IMG/VR virus record: IMGVR_UViG_3300045988_183134
Coordinates: 124,565 to 188,564 of that record
Reading direction: 5' to 3' (one strand)
Length of the DNA: 64,000 bases
Source: a virus
Shown here: positions 26,719 to 36,663 of the stretch, piece by piece
Layout of the letters: each line of letters opens with the position of its first letter
How positions within the stretch are numbered: the stretch's first letter is position 1
The notes under the pieces: generated by a model
What the model saw: only the letters and a program-made list of their open reading frames with translations
The model's database searches: none
Told to the model about the DNA's origin: nothing
Program-made: the position numbers and the translations under genes

Positions 26719-29700
26719 ATGCAGAAAATTATGCAAAAAGTGACCTCCGTAGCATTGGCCGCCAGCATGCTGTTTTCGATGATGTCTACGACCGCACTTG
26801 CGTTCGCAGACGAAACCGGAGACAGCACCTCTGTTTCGACCGATGTTACGGATGCCCCGGCTGCGGAAGAGGCAGATGCGGTGGATTCCGGTAGTTCAAA
26901 TGATGCCGACTCCTCTGATGCCACTTCCGCGCCGACTATCACGGATGTTGTGGACCTGACGCATGAATCGTATGAGGATACCAACTCTAACGATGAAACT
27001 ACTCAGGATGCAACGTCTGATGTGGTGGATGGGGAAGAGACTTCTGAATCGGATGCCAACGACACAGAAGTCTCTACTCCTGAAACTGCAGAACCCACTT
27101 TCGTCGGTTTGCAGACAGTAACGCCGGAATACGGCGACAAGCTAACCGCAAATGTCGGCGATTCTGTCACTCTGGATGCTCTGCTGAATCGTGACGATGT
27201 AGCAGTCACCTATCAGTGGCAGCGCAAGCAGAACTTTGCTGTTGATACGGCGTTGGCTCTCTACAACTACGAAGAGGATGAGCCTACCTGGTACAACTTC
27301 GTTATCGAAGATACCACAGAGCACACCGTCCTTGAAGAGCGTCCCGACTATGTCTGGCAAGGCTGCGAGATGTACTACGCTGTAGTCGATGCACTCGATG
27401 AAATCGGTGCTGATTCCAGCGATGTCCAGATTGCATACCACACTCCCAACTTCGTTCTGGATGGCTACACCATCACCGCTGCCAATGCCGAAGACGGCAC
27501 CGTTGAAGTCTATGCTTCTAACGGAGAGAGCACCTACACCGCACATCTCAACGATGACGGCAAGTGGGAGTTCGGTGATGAAGCTGCTGCCAGCCAGGAT
27601 ACGGATTGGCAGGATATTGAGGGCGCAACGGAATCCACCTACACTTTTGAAGTGACGGAAGATGACCTGTCCGCCAACTATCGCTGCCGCATTGTTGTGA
27701 CCGATGAAGCATACCGCGAGGAAAACTTCAAGGCTCTCGAGGATTTGGGCAATGAGCTGACCGACGAGGACAAGGCCGGAGATATCATTCTCCAGACAGC
27801 TCAGTTCAGCATCAGCCTGCCGGAAGACGAGAACAGCAGTGACGTTGCTACTCAGAACATGCCTGATACGGTTGTTATGCTGGCAGACACGTTCTCTTCT
27901 CGCTCCGCTGACAGCATTGCCATTTCCTCGGATAACCAGTGGATTACGGGTCTTAACGGCAACTACGAGTACATCACCAAGAACATGTACGACCAGGTGA
28001 CTGAATGGTTCAAGGCTGGTAAGATTGATAAAGCCACCGCAGACCGTTACTGGACTCAGATTGGCGGTGCTTGGAGTGGCTCAAAGGTCGGAACTGCCAA
28101 TGTTCTGGATGATAACGGCTTCCCCACTGGTGCAACTCGTCAGTACATGGAGTTCCCGCTGACGGATGGCAATATGTTGGAAGTCAACTCTGAATGGTAT
28201 GGTCAGACCGTTTATTTCCGTCCACACAACAACAGTAACGATTGGAATCTGACTGGCACTGCGGTCAATGTTCCCGCTTACACTGCTGTTCTTCGCAACA
28301 ATGGTAGTTATGGCACTGGCGCATCCGGTACAAAATACAAGGATGCTGTTGTGTTTTTGAATCCTTGGGTATCTGATGCAGGTCGTATGTATGCAAATTT
28401 CATCAATTTTGTATCAGATAACGGTTGGCTGCGTAACACAAGTGGAAGTGGCCATTTGAGTCAACATATTACAGTTCTTTCAGTTAAAGCTGAGCAATTC
28501 AACCAGGACCCTGACCAGTATATGATGGATGCTGAGGGTAACTACCGTATCGACTCTATTGGCTGGGGCGTCTGCGTTAATCAGGAACCTGACCTTTCCG
28601 GTAAAGCCTATTATGCTATCAAGGCATTCCTGAGCCAGGGCTACGGTATGTGTATCGGCCACGATACAATGTATGCCTATGCTGGTTCCTGGTATGATGC
28701 CCATGAAGCTGGTTACACCGACCCCGGCTCTCGTGACTATTACGAGGGTGGTCGTTATGGCCCTGATAAGAATGATACCTCTACCCGCTATTACGTTCTT
28801 AACAGTGTTCCTAACATTGACAATGGCCATTGGAACATGAATGCTCTGATGGGTGCGAACGGTGGTAACATCGATTCTGGTACAGTTCTTCCTACTGACG
28901 CTATCTCGATGATTCTGTCTACCGGTGGTTCTCACAGTTCCTACGGCAAGGCTGGTATTATGTACGGCTCTGACCAGCTGAGTGTGAAACTGAAGCCTTA
29001 CTCCAATTCTCAGGCTCAGAGCACTGTCAAGTATCGTAATCCTACCAACTTCCCATATGATGTGCCGACTGGAACCACACTCGAAGCTTCCAAGACTCAC
29101 TCCAACTCGCAGGTTGCTTTCGGCCCTATCTGGGTTGAATACGCTGGCGGTAACGTGACTGGTGCTGAGTTCGGTTACAATCCGGACCCGACAACCAAGA
29201 CAATTACCGATGAAGAGACTGGTCAGTCCTGGTTTGGCACAAGCAACTTTTACTTGTCTGGTACTGGCAACTTCCTGATGAACCAGATTGGTCACTTGCC
29301 GGACAACAAAGCGACCAAGGCCGAAGCTTCTCTGTTCGCCAACACTGTCATGTACATCTCTCAGCGTAAACAGTGCGAGATTTGTGCAGCACAGCAGAAT
29401 GGCCAGGAAGATGTCCATTTCGTGATTCGTGTTTCCTCTGTCAACGCGCAGCAGGTTCTGTCCGCTTTGCAGAATGGCGGTACTTTCTGGTATCCGCTGA
29501 ATGGCTGCTATCAGCTGACGGATGACCTGACTCTGCCGGAAGGCTGGAAGCCCATCAAGAACTTCTCCGGTCACTGGAACGCAGATGTCTATAAGGTGAA
29601 GCTCGCAAGCAACAATCAGCCTGTGTTCGATAACACAAGCGTGACTGCAAACGGTATGTATACCAGCGGCAAGAACAACGGCTGGAACTTGGGTTCTGAT

Positions 29701-32700
29701 ATGACCAAAGGTACGCTGCCGATTCTGAAGCTGGACAATCAGCCGGATGTTCGCATCACCGGTGTTGCCCGTGTTGTTGGTGACCTGAATGCATTGTTCC
29801 CGACCTCTTACGGCGTAACCGATTATACCGGTTACAAAGTTGTTGTTCATGGCTCTGATGGCGTTGACTATAACTGTGTTGTAAACAGCGATAGCAAATA
29901 CGTTATCTCGAACCTGCCGACCACCGGTATGATGCGTGCCGATGTCATTGACAAGAGCGGCAACAAGGTCACTCAGTTTGGCATGATTACGGTCGATGTT
30001 CCGAACCATTTCTGGAACGACACTGAAACCCATCCTCTGCAGCTGATGACCCCAACCGCTGACCCGATTGATGACTATAAGGACTGGGAAGGTCCGGTCA
30101 ACAAGACGGTTGACAGTAAGCTGTATTACAATGAACAGCTGAAAGCCTCCGATGTTACCTGGTATTACCGCATTATCTCCGTTGACAACCAGGTTGGCGA
30201 TTGGGTGAAAATCGGTAATCCTGGCACTTCCTTCGATACCTCTGACGGCACTGTGAGCGGCAAGATTAACAGCCTGACGTTCACTGCAGCAACGGACAGC
30301 GACTTGCCTTATACGACAAGCTCTGTAAGTTACTCCAAGTTGGATTACACCACGAACCGTATTCAGTTCAAGTGCGAATACAACGTGAGTGGTACTGTAT
30401 ATTCCAGTATGGATAAGGCTGAGGATGGCCGCAACGGTTATGTTGACGTTGAAATCCGCCCGATGTATATCGAGCAGGCTTTTGACCGCCGCATCTCCGT
30501 TGGTGGCAGCACTTCCTTCTCCTTCGATGCGTTCTACTGGAAGGGTGTTGAGGATGGCCTGACCTACGAGGTCCAGTACCGTGATGCAAGCGGTAACTGG
30601 GTTGCCGTTGGCAGTGATTCTACTCTGTTCCCGTCCTCTAAGTACAAAATCAGTTATGTAACCAAGACTGATGATAATGATGCTTTGGGCGGTGGTGTCT
30701 GGTATCCGTCCGATTTCTGGGTTCCTGATTCCTTCACTGGCAGTGATGCGAAGATGAATGCAGGTAAATCTACATTCAATAAGCACACCACTGTTACGCT
30801 GGAACTCTCGAATGCAGCGATGGATTGGGATGGCACGGATTTCCGCTGTGTCTTCACCTATAAGTCTACCGGGCATACCATGAGCACCGATACTACCACG
30901 GCAAACGATATTGCACAGGCTCGTACTGGTCACCTTATCATCTATGCACCGCCCATTGAGATGACGCCATTGAAGGCTCAGTCTCTGCTGCTGAATAACT
31001 ACGATTCCAGCAACGGCAACCTTGCATGGACAACCCCGGCTTCCAACCCGAATAATGGCCGTAGCCCGAAGGAAATTCCTTTGGATGCTATCAATCCTGA
31101 TAAACTGGGCCAGGGTGGTAAAGCCTATGGCGCAGCAGGTGATAACAAGGCCATTTATACCACAAAGATTACCTATTACGGTAATAAAGACAGTGCTCCC
31201 ACCATTAAGTGGTTGTACAGTGATGTGGCAGGCGGCGGCAGCCTCTCTCAGTTCAAGGATGTCGGTGATGCCGTCACATTGAAGTACAGCGATGTTGGCA
31301 AGAAGATTGGCAACATCAGCAAGCTGAACAGCCGAGTGGCTGAACTTGAAAAGAGTTTCATGTCCAGCGGCAAAGCATTCAATAAGTTCAGCGGCTACAT
31401 TAAGCTGGAAGCAATGTATCCGACTGAATCCAAGGACCTGAACAACAGTTCTTATGCGGAATGGAACGCTATCGTGTCTCTGTACATTGATAACGCTACC
31501 AACCCGATGGATTACGGTAACACGCACTTCTATTTCCGTTGCCAGGCTGAAGCTCAGTACATGCAGAACTGGGATAGCGCCGATATGAAGCCCTATACCA
31601 CTGCTGCAACTGATGCCTACAACTTTAATCGTGACGTGAACTCCAGCAATCCGGAAGACCATCTGTATAAGGATATCAGCCAGTCCTCTTACGGCGCTGA
31701 ACTGGTTTTGGATTACAACATTTCCATTAAGGCCAATGTTCCGAACAAAGCTACGAAGAAGCGTAATACTATTACGACTGCAAATGGCAGCGCAAAGGAC
31801 ATTTCGACCCTGCGGAATGAAATTTCCGAAATCAACACAGCTCTGAATAACGGCGGTGCGGTTTACAACTACAAAGACCTGGCGATTATCGCTCCGAATG
31901 GTCTGCGTTACATGGAAACCTACTTCATCGCGGGGAATGGCGTAAATAACCGCTCCGGTATCGATTCCCGCGACACTGTGGTTATCGATAACAAGATTCG
32001 CAACTCTGACGGTAAGTGCTTTACGGACCTCTTCGAAAAGGTTACGGATGATGAATTCGTCAACAAGCGTCAAGGCTTCGCTTACCGTTCTAAGAGCGGC
32101 AACACGATTCCGAAGGAAACTTGGGAATGGTTCTGGCGTAATGCTATCTACTACATCTGCTATGATGCTCCGACCACAAAGGCCAACATGGACCAGGTGT
32201 ATTTCTACATTGATGAACAGAACAGCGGTGCATCCTCTTCTCAGGTCTACTCCGAACCCAACAGCACTTCGAAACCCTATTCTATGTACACTGCTCCGTA
32301 TACCGGTGAGTATATCATCACTCTGAACGGTGCAGGCGGCGGCGTTGATAACCAGTTTGGTCTGTCTCCCGAACGCACTTCGCTTGGCGGCAAGACCACG
32401 ATTCGCGTCAAGGCGGAAAAGGGCGCGACGCTCTATTTCGTCAACGGCGGTGCTGGTTCTCATGACCCGACACACTACGTCAACGGTGCATCGAGCCCCG
32501 ATGCTAACGCAAAAGTTGTGGTCCAGGGCGGCTACAACGGCGGTGGTAACGGCGGTATCATGATGCAGGAGCGCTACGCTCACTGGAGCTTGAAGGGCGC
32601 TTCTGGCGGCGGTGCTACTACCGTGGCTGTCGGCATCATCGGCACAGGTCGTTTGGCTGAGTACGGCGATGAAAACACGGCTAAGAAGTATGTTCTGGCT

Positions 32701-35637
32701 GTTGCAGGCGGTGGTGGTGCTAACCAGCACGGCGCTTGCGATGCTACTGGCGGTTCCGATAACAACGGCGTCCTGCATGTCTGGGGCGGCCAGCTTGGCG
32801 GCGGTGGTCCGTTTGGCCAAGGTATGTCTGGCGGCGACTTCTCTATGTTCCTCGGTGGTATTACTGATGGTTCTTCTGAGGTTGGTGTTGAAGGCCCTGG
32901 CGGTGGCGGCGGCGGCTGGTACGGCGGCTACGCTAACGAGTCCTCTAAGCTCGCCAATGCAGATGGCTGGGGCAGCTGTAAGCGCGACGGCAATGGCGGT
33001 TTGAGCTGGGCTGCAGGCGTTGGTACTACTCTAACTGATGCAGGCGGACACAAGGTTCAGGTCTTGGAAGTCAACATCAGCAATGATGGCGGCGGTTCCG
33101 GTTCTGAGCAGGCTGGTAATTCCAGCATTGAGCTGGTCAAATCCTCTGTTTCTCGTTTCTCTCGTAACGGCAAGAATGCTTTCGATACCGCATACGAAGA
33201 TACCGACCCCGATTCCGGTATTGAGGAACAGCATGTAACCATTACTATCACTGCAGCCAATAAGCTGTATGATGGCAACCCCGATGAAGCTTCCATCAGC
33301 GTTTCCGGCAACCTGTCTTCTACCGATATGGACAATATCGTGAAGAACACCACTATCGTCTATGCTAACCGTAAAGGTACATTGACGAAGGCTCCAAGCG
33401 ATGCGTCTACGGACAAGAACCAGTATCCGCGCTCCGATTGCGGTTCCTATACCGCAACAGCAAAATGTACGGTGTCGGGTTACATCATCACATATCGCTA
33501 CGAGAACACGAACCCCGGTCATACTTATGACGGCAGCAGTCCGAGCGGTATTGGTGATACCGTCAAGTTCGATATCTATCCTCGCGGATTGACGATTATC
33601 GGTACTGGCGATAAACCCTACGACCGCACCAGCAAGGCAACTCTGGAAAATGTTCATATTGCTTCTGGCGGCTTGATTGCGAAGGACGAGAACACTGTGA
33701 AGCTGAGCACCACTACGGTGACTGGTAACTACACGGTTGATGGCAAGAATGTCAGCGATGCTGGCGGTCCCTATGTCGTCATCCGAACCAGTGAACTCTC
33801 TCTCGTTGGCAACAGCGCAGGCAACTACTACATTGAGAAGGAAGACTTGTCTGGCTCTATCACTCCTCTGGATTTGTACGTTCACAGTATTTATCTGGAA
33901 GACCCGACCTATCCTCGCAACGTCAAACACTATGACGGCACGACCAAAGCCACCATTAAGGATATCCTGATTGATGGCGTGCTTGAAGGTGATGACGTTA
34001 AGATTAAGGAAGAAACCCTTCCCGGCAATTATAAGACCAAGGATGCTGGCCAGAAGCTGAATGCAGATGGCACGGTAAGCTCCAACTGGCCTTATGAGTT
34101 GGACGAGAATCCGATTACGGCAGATGCTCATCCGACACTGACTGGTAAGGATGCCAAGAACTACCGTATCACAAAGGAGAAGTATTCCGGCGCTATCGCA
34201 CGCGCCAACCTGACCGCACAGGTTGCAAGTTGGCGTGGATTGTATGGTGACGGCGTAGGGGAGAAGCCCTGGCATGACAAGAAGGCTTACGGTTACGGTA
34301 CTGCAGCTTCTGCAGGCTGCTGGCTGGAAATCGATGGTCTGGTGCAGGGTGATACCTTGACTTTGGACCAGAGCTACAAGAAGTCTTATTTCAAGACTCT
34401 GGTAAGTGGTCATGAAAGTCTTGTTCCTGATGAATCGACTCCTGTTGGCACTTATCCGTTAACTTATGTTGGCTTGACTGAAGCCAATTACCCCGTTCTG
34501 AAGAACTATATTGTCATGGTTCTGAATGGCCGCTTTGTCGTTGACCCGCGTCCGCTGCATGTGACGGTTCTTGACAGCGATAAGATTATCTACAACGAGA
34601 ACCCGAACTTCCATGTGAACATTCAGATGGAAGATGATGATGCAAATCTGATTGATGTCGTGAGCGACGTTGACGCCACTCCGATTCTGGATGCAAAGCT
34701 CAAGGCGAAAGATACAGTCAGCAGCGTCTTGTACGTTGCGGGCGGTAATCCCTCCAACCTGACTCAAGAATTTGTGGATGCCTACGATTATCGTAAGCAG
34801 GAAAATGTCAAGGAAAGCAAGACCAATATCCCGTTTGTGACCGATTGCACCATCAGCTCCCTGCCTCTGTACGCAGATGGTACGAGCACCGATGATGATT
34901 TTGAGTGGAACTACGAGGATAAGACCTGCGATTTCTGCCATTATAACCACAAGCTTCTGGCTCCGTATCTGGTAACTATCAACACCGACACCAAGAGTGG
35001 TCCTGCATTGGATGTTCATACGGTCGTTAACCCGAATGGTGAAACGGTTCGCAACTACGAGCTGATTATCCATGATGGCGGCCTGTATGTGCATCCGGCT
35101 CTGCTGAAGGCTACGGTTCCTCTGTACGTCTGTATGTATGGCAACACCACAAGTGGTGAGGTCAAAGAGCCTACCAACTATCGCATCACGAACTACTCTA
35201 CTGTGGCTATCCAAATCAAGAATATCAAGGCCAATGGTCCTTGGCTGATGCGTGATATGCCTGGCATGGAGTACTACCCTGACGGCGAGTATGGCAACTC
35301 GGTATACGACATGACAAAGAACCGTCTGCGCCGTGGCGAGCTGTACATGCGTCTGCGCGATACCGTCCTGACTCAGGGTGATAACGCAATTGACCATAGC
35401 GATACGGCTTGGGTCATTCCGAAAGCTACCGGCGATTTCATCAACAACAACATCACTGGCCGCGCAATGCAGGTGCCTATGGCAGTCTACATTGCAACCG
35501 GTAATGTGAATGAATCCGGTGTCTGCACTCCGGTCACGAAAGTGACCTACACGATTGCTCCGTACGGTGGCGTGATGCCGAACGATGCGGACTTCGAGAA
35601 AGTGCAGTCTCAGCCGTGGCTCAAAGACGCAAAATGA
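26719..35637 (+). CDS. Giant secreted surface protein (2972 aa) with a glycine-rich GRD-like block and YDG/MBG-like repeats
   Basis: The start is set at the ATG after a gaaagga RBS and gives the signal peptide MQKIMQKVTSVALAASMLFSMMSTTALAFA. A Gly-rich block follows (YTGEYIITLNGAGGGVDN...GGYNGGGNGG...GPGGGGGGWYGGY). Repeats contain YDG/YDR (KLYDGNPDEA, KPYDRTSKATL, KHYDGTTKATI). The C-terminal ATVPLYVCMYG module is shared with 5645-7231. Confidence 0.85.
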   Translation: MQKIMQKVTSVALAASMLFSMMSTTALAFADETGDSTSVSTDVTDAPAAEEADAVDSGSSNDADSSDATSAPTITDVVDLTHESYEDTNSNDETTQDATSDVVDGEETSESDANDTEVSTPETAEPTFVGLQTVTPEYGDKLTANVGDSVTLDALLNRDDVAVTYQWQRKQNFAVDTALALYNYEEDEPTWYNFVIEDTTEHTVLEERPDYVWQGCEMYYAVVDALDEIGADSSDVQIAYHTPNFVLDGYTITAANAEDGTVEVYASNGESTYTAHLNDDGKWEFGDEAAASQDTDWQDIEGATESTYTFEVTEDDLSANYRCRIVVTDEAYREENFKALEDLGNELTDEDKAGDIILQTAQFSISLPEDENSSDVATQNMPDTVVMLADTFSSRSADSIAISSDNQWITGLNGNYEYITKNMYDQVTEWFKAGKIDKATADRYWTQIGGAWSGSKVGTANVLDDNGFPTGATRQYMEFPLTDGNMLEVNSEWYGQTVYFRPHNNSNDWNLTGTAVNVPAYTAVLRNNGSYGTGASGTKYKDAVVFLNPWVSDAGRMYANFINFVSDNGWLRNTSGSGHLSQHITVLSVKAEQFNQDPDQYMMDAEGNYRIDSIGWGVCVNQEPDLSGKAYYAIKAFLSQGYGMCIGHDTMYAYAGSWYDAHEAGYTDPGSRDYYEGGRYGPDKNDTSTRYYVLNSVPNIDNGHWNMNALMGANGGNIDSGTVLPTDAISMILSTGGSHSSYGKAGIMYGSDQLSVKLKPYSNSQAQSTVKYRNPTNFPYDVPTGTTLEASKTHSNSQVAFGPIWVEYAGGNVTGAEFGYNPDPTTKTITDEETGQSWFGTSNFYLSGTGNFLMNQIGHLPDNKATKAEASLFANTVMYISQRKQCEICAAQQNGQEDVHFVIRVSSVNAQQVLSALQNGGTFWYPLNGCYQLTDDLTLPEGWKPIKNFSGHWNADVYKVKLASNNQPVFDNTSVTANGMYTSGKNNGWNLGSDMTKGTLPILKLDNQPDVRITGVARVVGDLNALFPTSYGVTDYTGYKVVVHGSDGVDYNCVVNSDSKYVISNLPTTGMMRADVIDKSGNKVTQFGMITVDVPNHFWNDTETHPLQLMTPTADPIDDYKDWEGPVNKTVDSKLYYNEQLKASDVTWYYRIISVDNQVGDWVKIGNPGTSFDTSDGTVSGKINSLTFTAATDSDLPYTTSSVSYSKLDYTTNRIQFKCEYNVSGTVYSSMDKAEDGRNGYVDVEIRPMYIEQAFDRRISVGGSTSFSFDAFYWKGVEDGLTYEVQYRDASGNWVAVGSDSTLFPSSKYKISYVTKTDDNDALGGGVWYPSDFWVPDSFTGSDAKMNAGKSTFNKHTTVTLELSNAAMDWDGTDFRCVFTYKSTGHTMSTDTTTANDIAQARTGHLIIYAPPIEMTPLKAQSLLLNNYDSSNGNLAWTTPASNPNNGRSPKEIPLDAINPDKLGQGGKAYGAAGDNKAIYTTKITYYGNKDSAPTIKWLYSDVAGGGSLSQFKDVGDAVTLKYSDVGKKIGNISKLNSRVAELEKSFMSSGKAFNKFSGYIKLEAMYPTESKDLNNSSYAEWNAIVSLYIDNATNPMDYGNTHFYFRCQAEAQYMQNWDSADMKPYTTAATDAYNFNRDVNSSNPEDHLYKDISQSSYGAELVLDYNISIKANVPNKATKKRNTITTANGSAKDISTLRNEISEINTALNNGGAVYNYKDLAIIAPNGLRYMETYFIAGNGVNNRSGIDSRDTVVIDNKIRNSDGKCFTDLFEKVTDDEFVNKRQGFAYRSKSGNTIPKETWEWFWRNAIYYICYDAPTTKANMDQVYFYIDEQNSGASSSQVYSEPNSTSKPYSMYTAPYTGEYIITLNGAGGGVDNQFGLSPERTSLGGKTTIRVKAEKGATLYFVNGGAGSHDPTHYVNGASSPDANAKVVVQGGYNGGGNGGIMMQERYAHWSLKGASGGGATTVAVGIIGTGRLAEYGDENTAKKYVLAVAGGGGANQHGACDATGGSDNNGVLHVWGGQLGGGGPFGQGMSGGDFSMFLGGITDGSSEVGVEGPGGGGGGWYGGYANESSKLANADGWGSCKRDGNGGLSWAAGVGTTLTDAGGHKVQVLEVNISNDGGGSGSEQAGNSSIELVKSSVSRFSRNGKNAFDTAYEDTDPDSGIEEQHVTITITAANKLYDGNPDEASISVSGNLSSTDMDNIVKNTTIVYANRKGTLTKAPSDASTDKNQYPRSDCGSYTATAKCTVSGYIITYRYENTNPGHTYDGSSPSGIGDTVKFDIYPRGLTIIGTGDKPYDRTSKATLENVHIASGGLIAKDENTVKLSTTTVTGNYTVDGKNVSDAGGPYVVIRTSELSLVGNSAGNYYIEKEDLSGSITPLDLYVHSIYLEDPTYPRNVKHYDGTTKATIKDILIDGVLEGDDVKIKEETLPGNYKTKDAGQKLNADGTVSSNWPYELDENPITADAHPTLTGKDAKNYRITKEKYSGAIARANLTAQVASWRGLYGDGVGEKPWHDKKAYGYGTAASAGCWLEIDGLVQGDTLTLDQSYKKSYFKTLVSGHESLVPDESTPVGTYPLTYVGLTEANYPVLKNYIVMVLNGRFVVDPRPLHVTVLDSDKIIYNENPNFHVNIQMEDDDANLIDVVSDVDATPILDAKLKAKDTVSSVLYVAGGNPSNLTQEFVDAYDYRKQENVKESKTNIPFVTDCTISSLPLYADGTSTDDDFEWNYEDKTCDFCHYNHKLLAPYLVTINTDTKSGPALDVHTVVNPNGETVRNYELIIHDGGLYVHPALLKATVPLYVCMYGNTTSGEVKEPTNYRITNYSTVAIQIKNIKANGPWLMRDMPGMEYYPDGEYGNSVYDMTKNRLRRGELYMRLRDTVLTQGDNAIDHSDTAWVIPKATGDFINNNITGRAMQVPMAVYIATGNVNESGVCTPVTKVTYTIAPYGGVMPNDADFEKVQSQPWLKDAK

Positions 35638-35678
35638 CCTTCCCAGTGTGACCTGATGGTCGCTTCTGTACAACAATT

Positions 35679-35714
35679 GAGGGCAGTCGAGAAATCGGCT
35701 GCCCTCTCTTTTTG
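35679..35714 (+). terminator. Rho-independent terminator of the giant gene
   Basis: gagggcagtcga-gaaa-tcggctgccctc is followed by tctttttg. Confidence 0.65.
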
Positions 35715-35778
35715 TTTGTGCTAAATAAAAAAGAAAAGGACAGTGTGAAAATCACTGCCCTTTTTTGTTAAATATATG

Positions 35779-36393
35779 TTATGGTATTGGAAGTGCTCCG
35801 TATTCCTTTGGCATATCAACTGTTTCCCAGACAACTTTTTTGGCTGAATATACTATTTCAGTATATTGACTTTCTTCGCGGTACTTTCTATATGTAACAA
35901 GTATTCTACTTGTGCTACCTTTTATCATCTTTCTTATGTCGCCTTCCAACACGGTATTGGGGACATAGCGTCCTTGCCCACCGTTTCGAACAAAACCGAC
36001 GCAAGCACTAATTGACCCGGCGAGTTTGTCAGTATATAATTTGGGATGGGTCATGTCATAGTCTCCAACCATCTTTGCCGAGAGATGTTTTTGAACTAAA
36101 TCTGGTAAAACACGTAATTTCATTTCTGTTGTACCGTCTGCCGCAAATTCAAAATCCGTTTCAGACAAACGCTTGTCACAACACATACTGAGAAAATTGT
36201 TTGCTCCGATTTCTTTATTGCTTAATTTGAATCCAGTCATATGCAGAAAGTTGCTGCTATCGAATGTTACCTCTAAACCGCGTACAACTTTATGCTTGTC
36301 TGCCGTAACAAATAAGAGACTTCTTCCGGCCAAGTTCTCTTTGTAAGAGATTGCACAAGAGAAAACAATGTTTAGTGCATCTTTTTTTGTCAT
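35779..36393 (-). CDS. 204-aa protein, candidate toxin/RNase of a type III TA-like module
   Basis: This is a clean ORF. Its context is promoter, repeats, terminator, then ORF. The FLHMTGF motif weakly recalls barnase/EndoU/RelE-like (PBECR-type) nuclease domains. This comes from memory only and is not verified. Confidence 0.6.
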   Translation of the reverse strand: MTKKDALNIVFSCAISYKENLAGRSLLFVTADKHKVVRGLEVTFDSSNFLHMTGFKLSNKEIGANNFLSMCCDKRLSETDFEFAADGTTEMKLRVLPDLVQKHLSAKMVGDYDMTHPKLYTDKLAGSISACVGFVRNGGQGRYVPNTVLEGDIRKMIKGSTSRILVTYRKYREESQYTEIVYSAKKVVWETVDMPKEYGALPIP

Positions 36394-36423
36394 TATGAGT
36401 TTCCTGCAACTTTCTGCGTTTTA

Positions 36424-36474
36424 CCAAAAATAAAAGGACACCTACAACACCGTAGTGCTGTCCGATGTCCTTTT
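36424..36474 (-). terminator. Hairpin with U-tract between the tandem repeats and the 204-aa ORF (terminator/attenuator)
   Basis: On the minus strand the sequence reads aaaaggaca-tcggacagcactacggtgttgtagg-tgtcctttt followed by atttttgg. Confidence 0.55.
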
Positions 36475-36481
36475 GTGACTG

Positions 36482-36578
36482 GTTTTATCGTTGTCCGCCA
36501 ACCGACAGGCCCTTACGTCCTGCATCTCTTTCGAGTTTTATCGTTGCTCGCCAACCGACAGGTCCTTACGCCCTGCAT
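36482..36578 (-). ncRNA. Two 44-nt tandem repeats (53-nt period), candidate antitoxin RNA
   Basis: ttttatcgttgtccgccaaccgacaggcccttacgtcctgcatc (36482-36525) and ttttatcgttgctcgccaaccgacaggtccttacgccctgcatc (36535-36578) match at 40 of 44 positions. No ORF is present. Confidence 0.55.
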
Positions 36579-36634
36579 CAGAACGGATTTAAGGTGCCAG
36601 TCCACCAGCAGAATGTCGTCTGCTTTCCTACTAA

Positions 36635-36663
36635 TAGTATACACAACCCAGGCTAAAAATGCA
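36635..36663 (-). promoter_or_regulatory. Sigma70-like promoter TTGCAT-17-TATACT reading into the repeats
   Basis: On the minus strand the -35 is the reverse complement of 36658-36663 and the -10 is the reverse complement of 36635-36640. Confidence 0.5.

Noticed and set aside
28480-32820. Very long antisense ORFs: 1446 aa here, and also 5594-8116, 2691-4775, 57652-59862, 44605-45948, 25039-26262, 33031-34413, 34459-35676 and 59879-60973
   Set aside because: Each lies entirely opposite a gene with strong protein-family motifs, a signal peptide or an RBS. Their translations are low-complexity (Arg/Gly/Val/Ile-rich) and they lack RBSs. They are shadow ORFs produced by the codon bias of the sense genes.
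36482-36578. The two 44-nt repeats considered as a mini CRISPR array
   Set aside because: There are only two repeats, separated by 9 nt, which is far too short for a spacer. No cas genes are adjacent. The promoter, repeats, terminator and ORF layout fits an RNA antitoxin or other ncRNA better.
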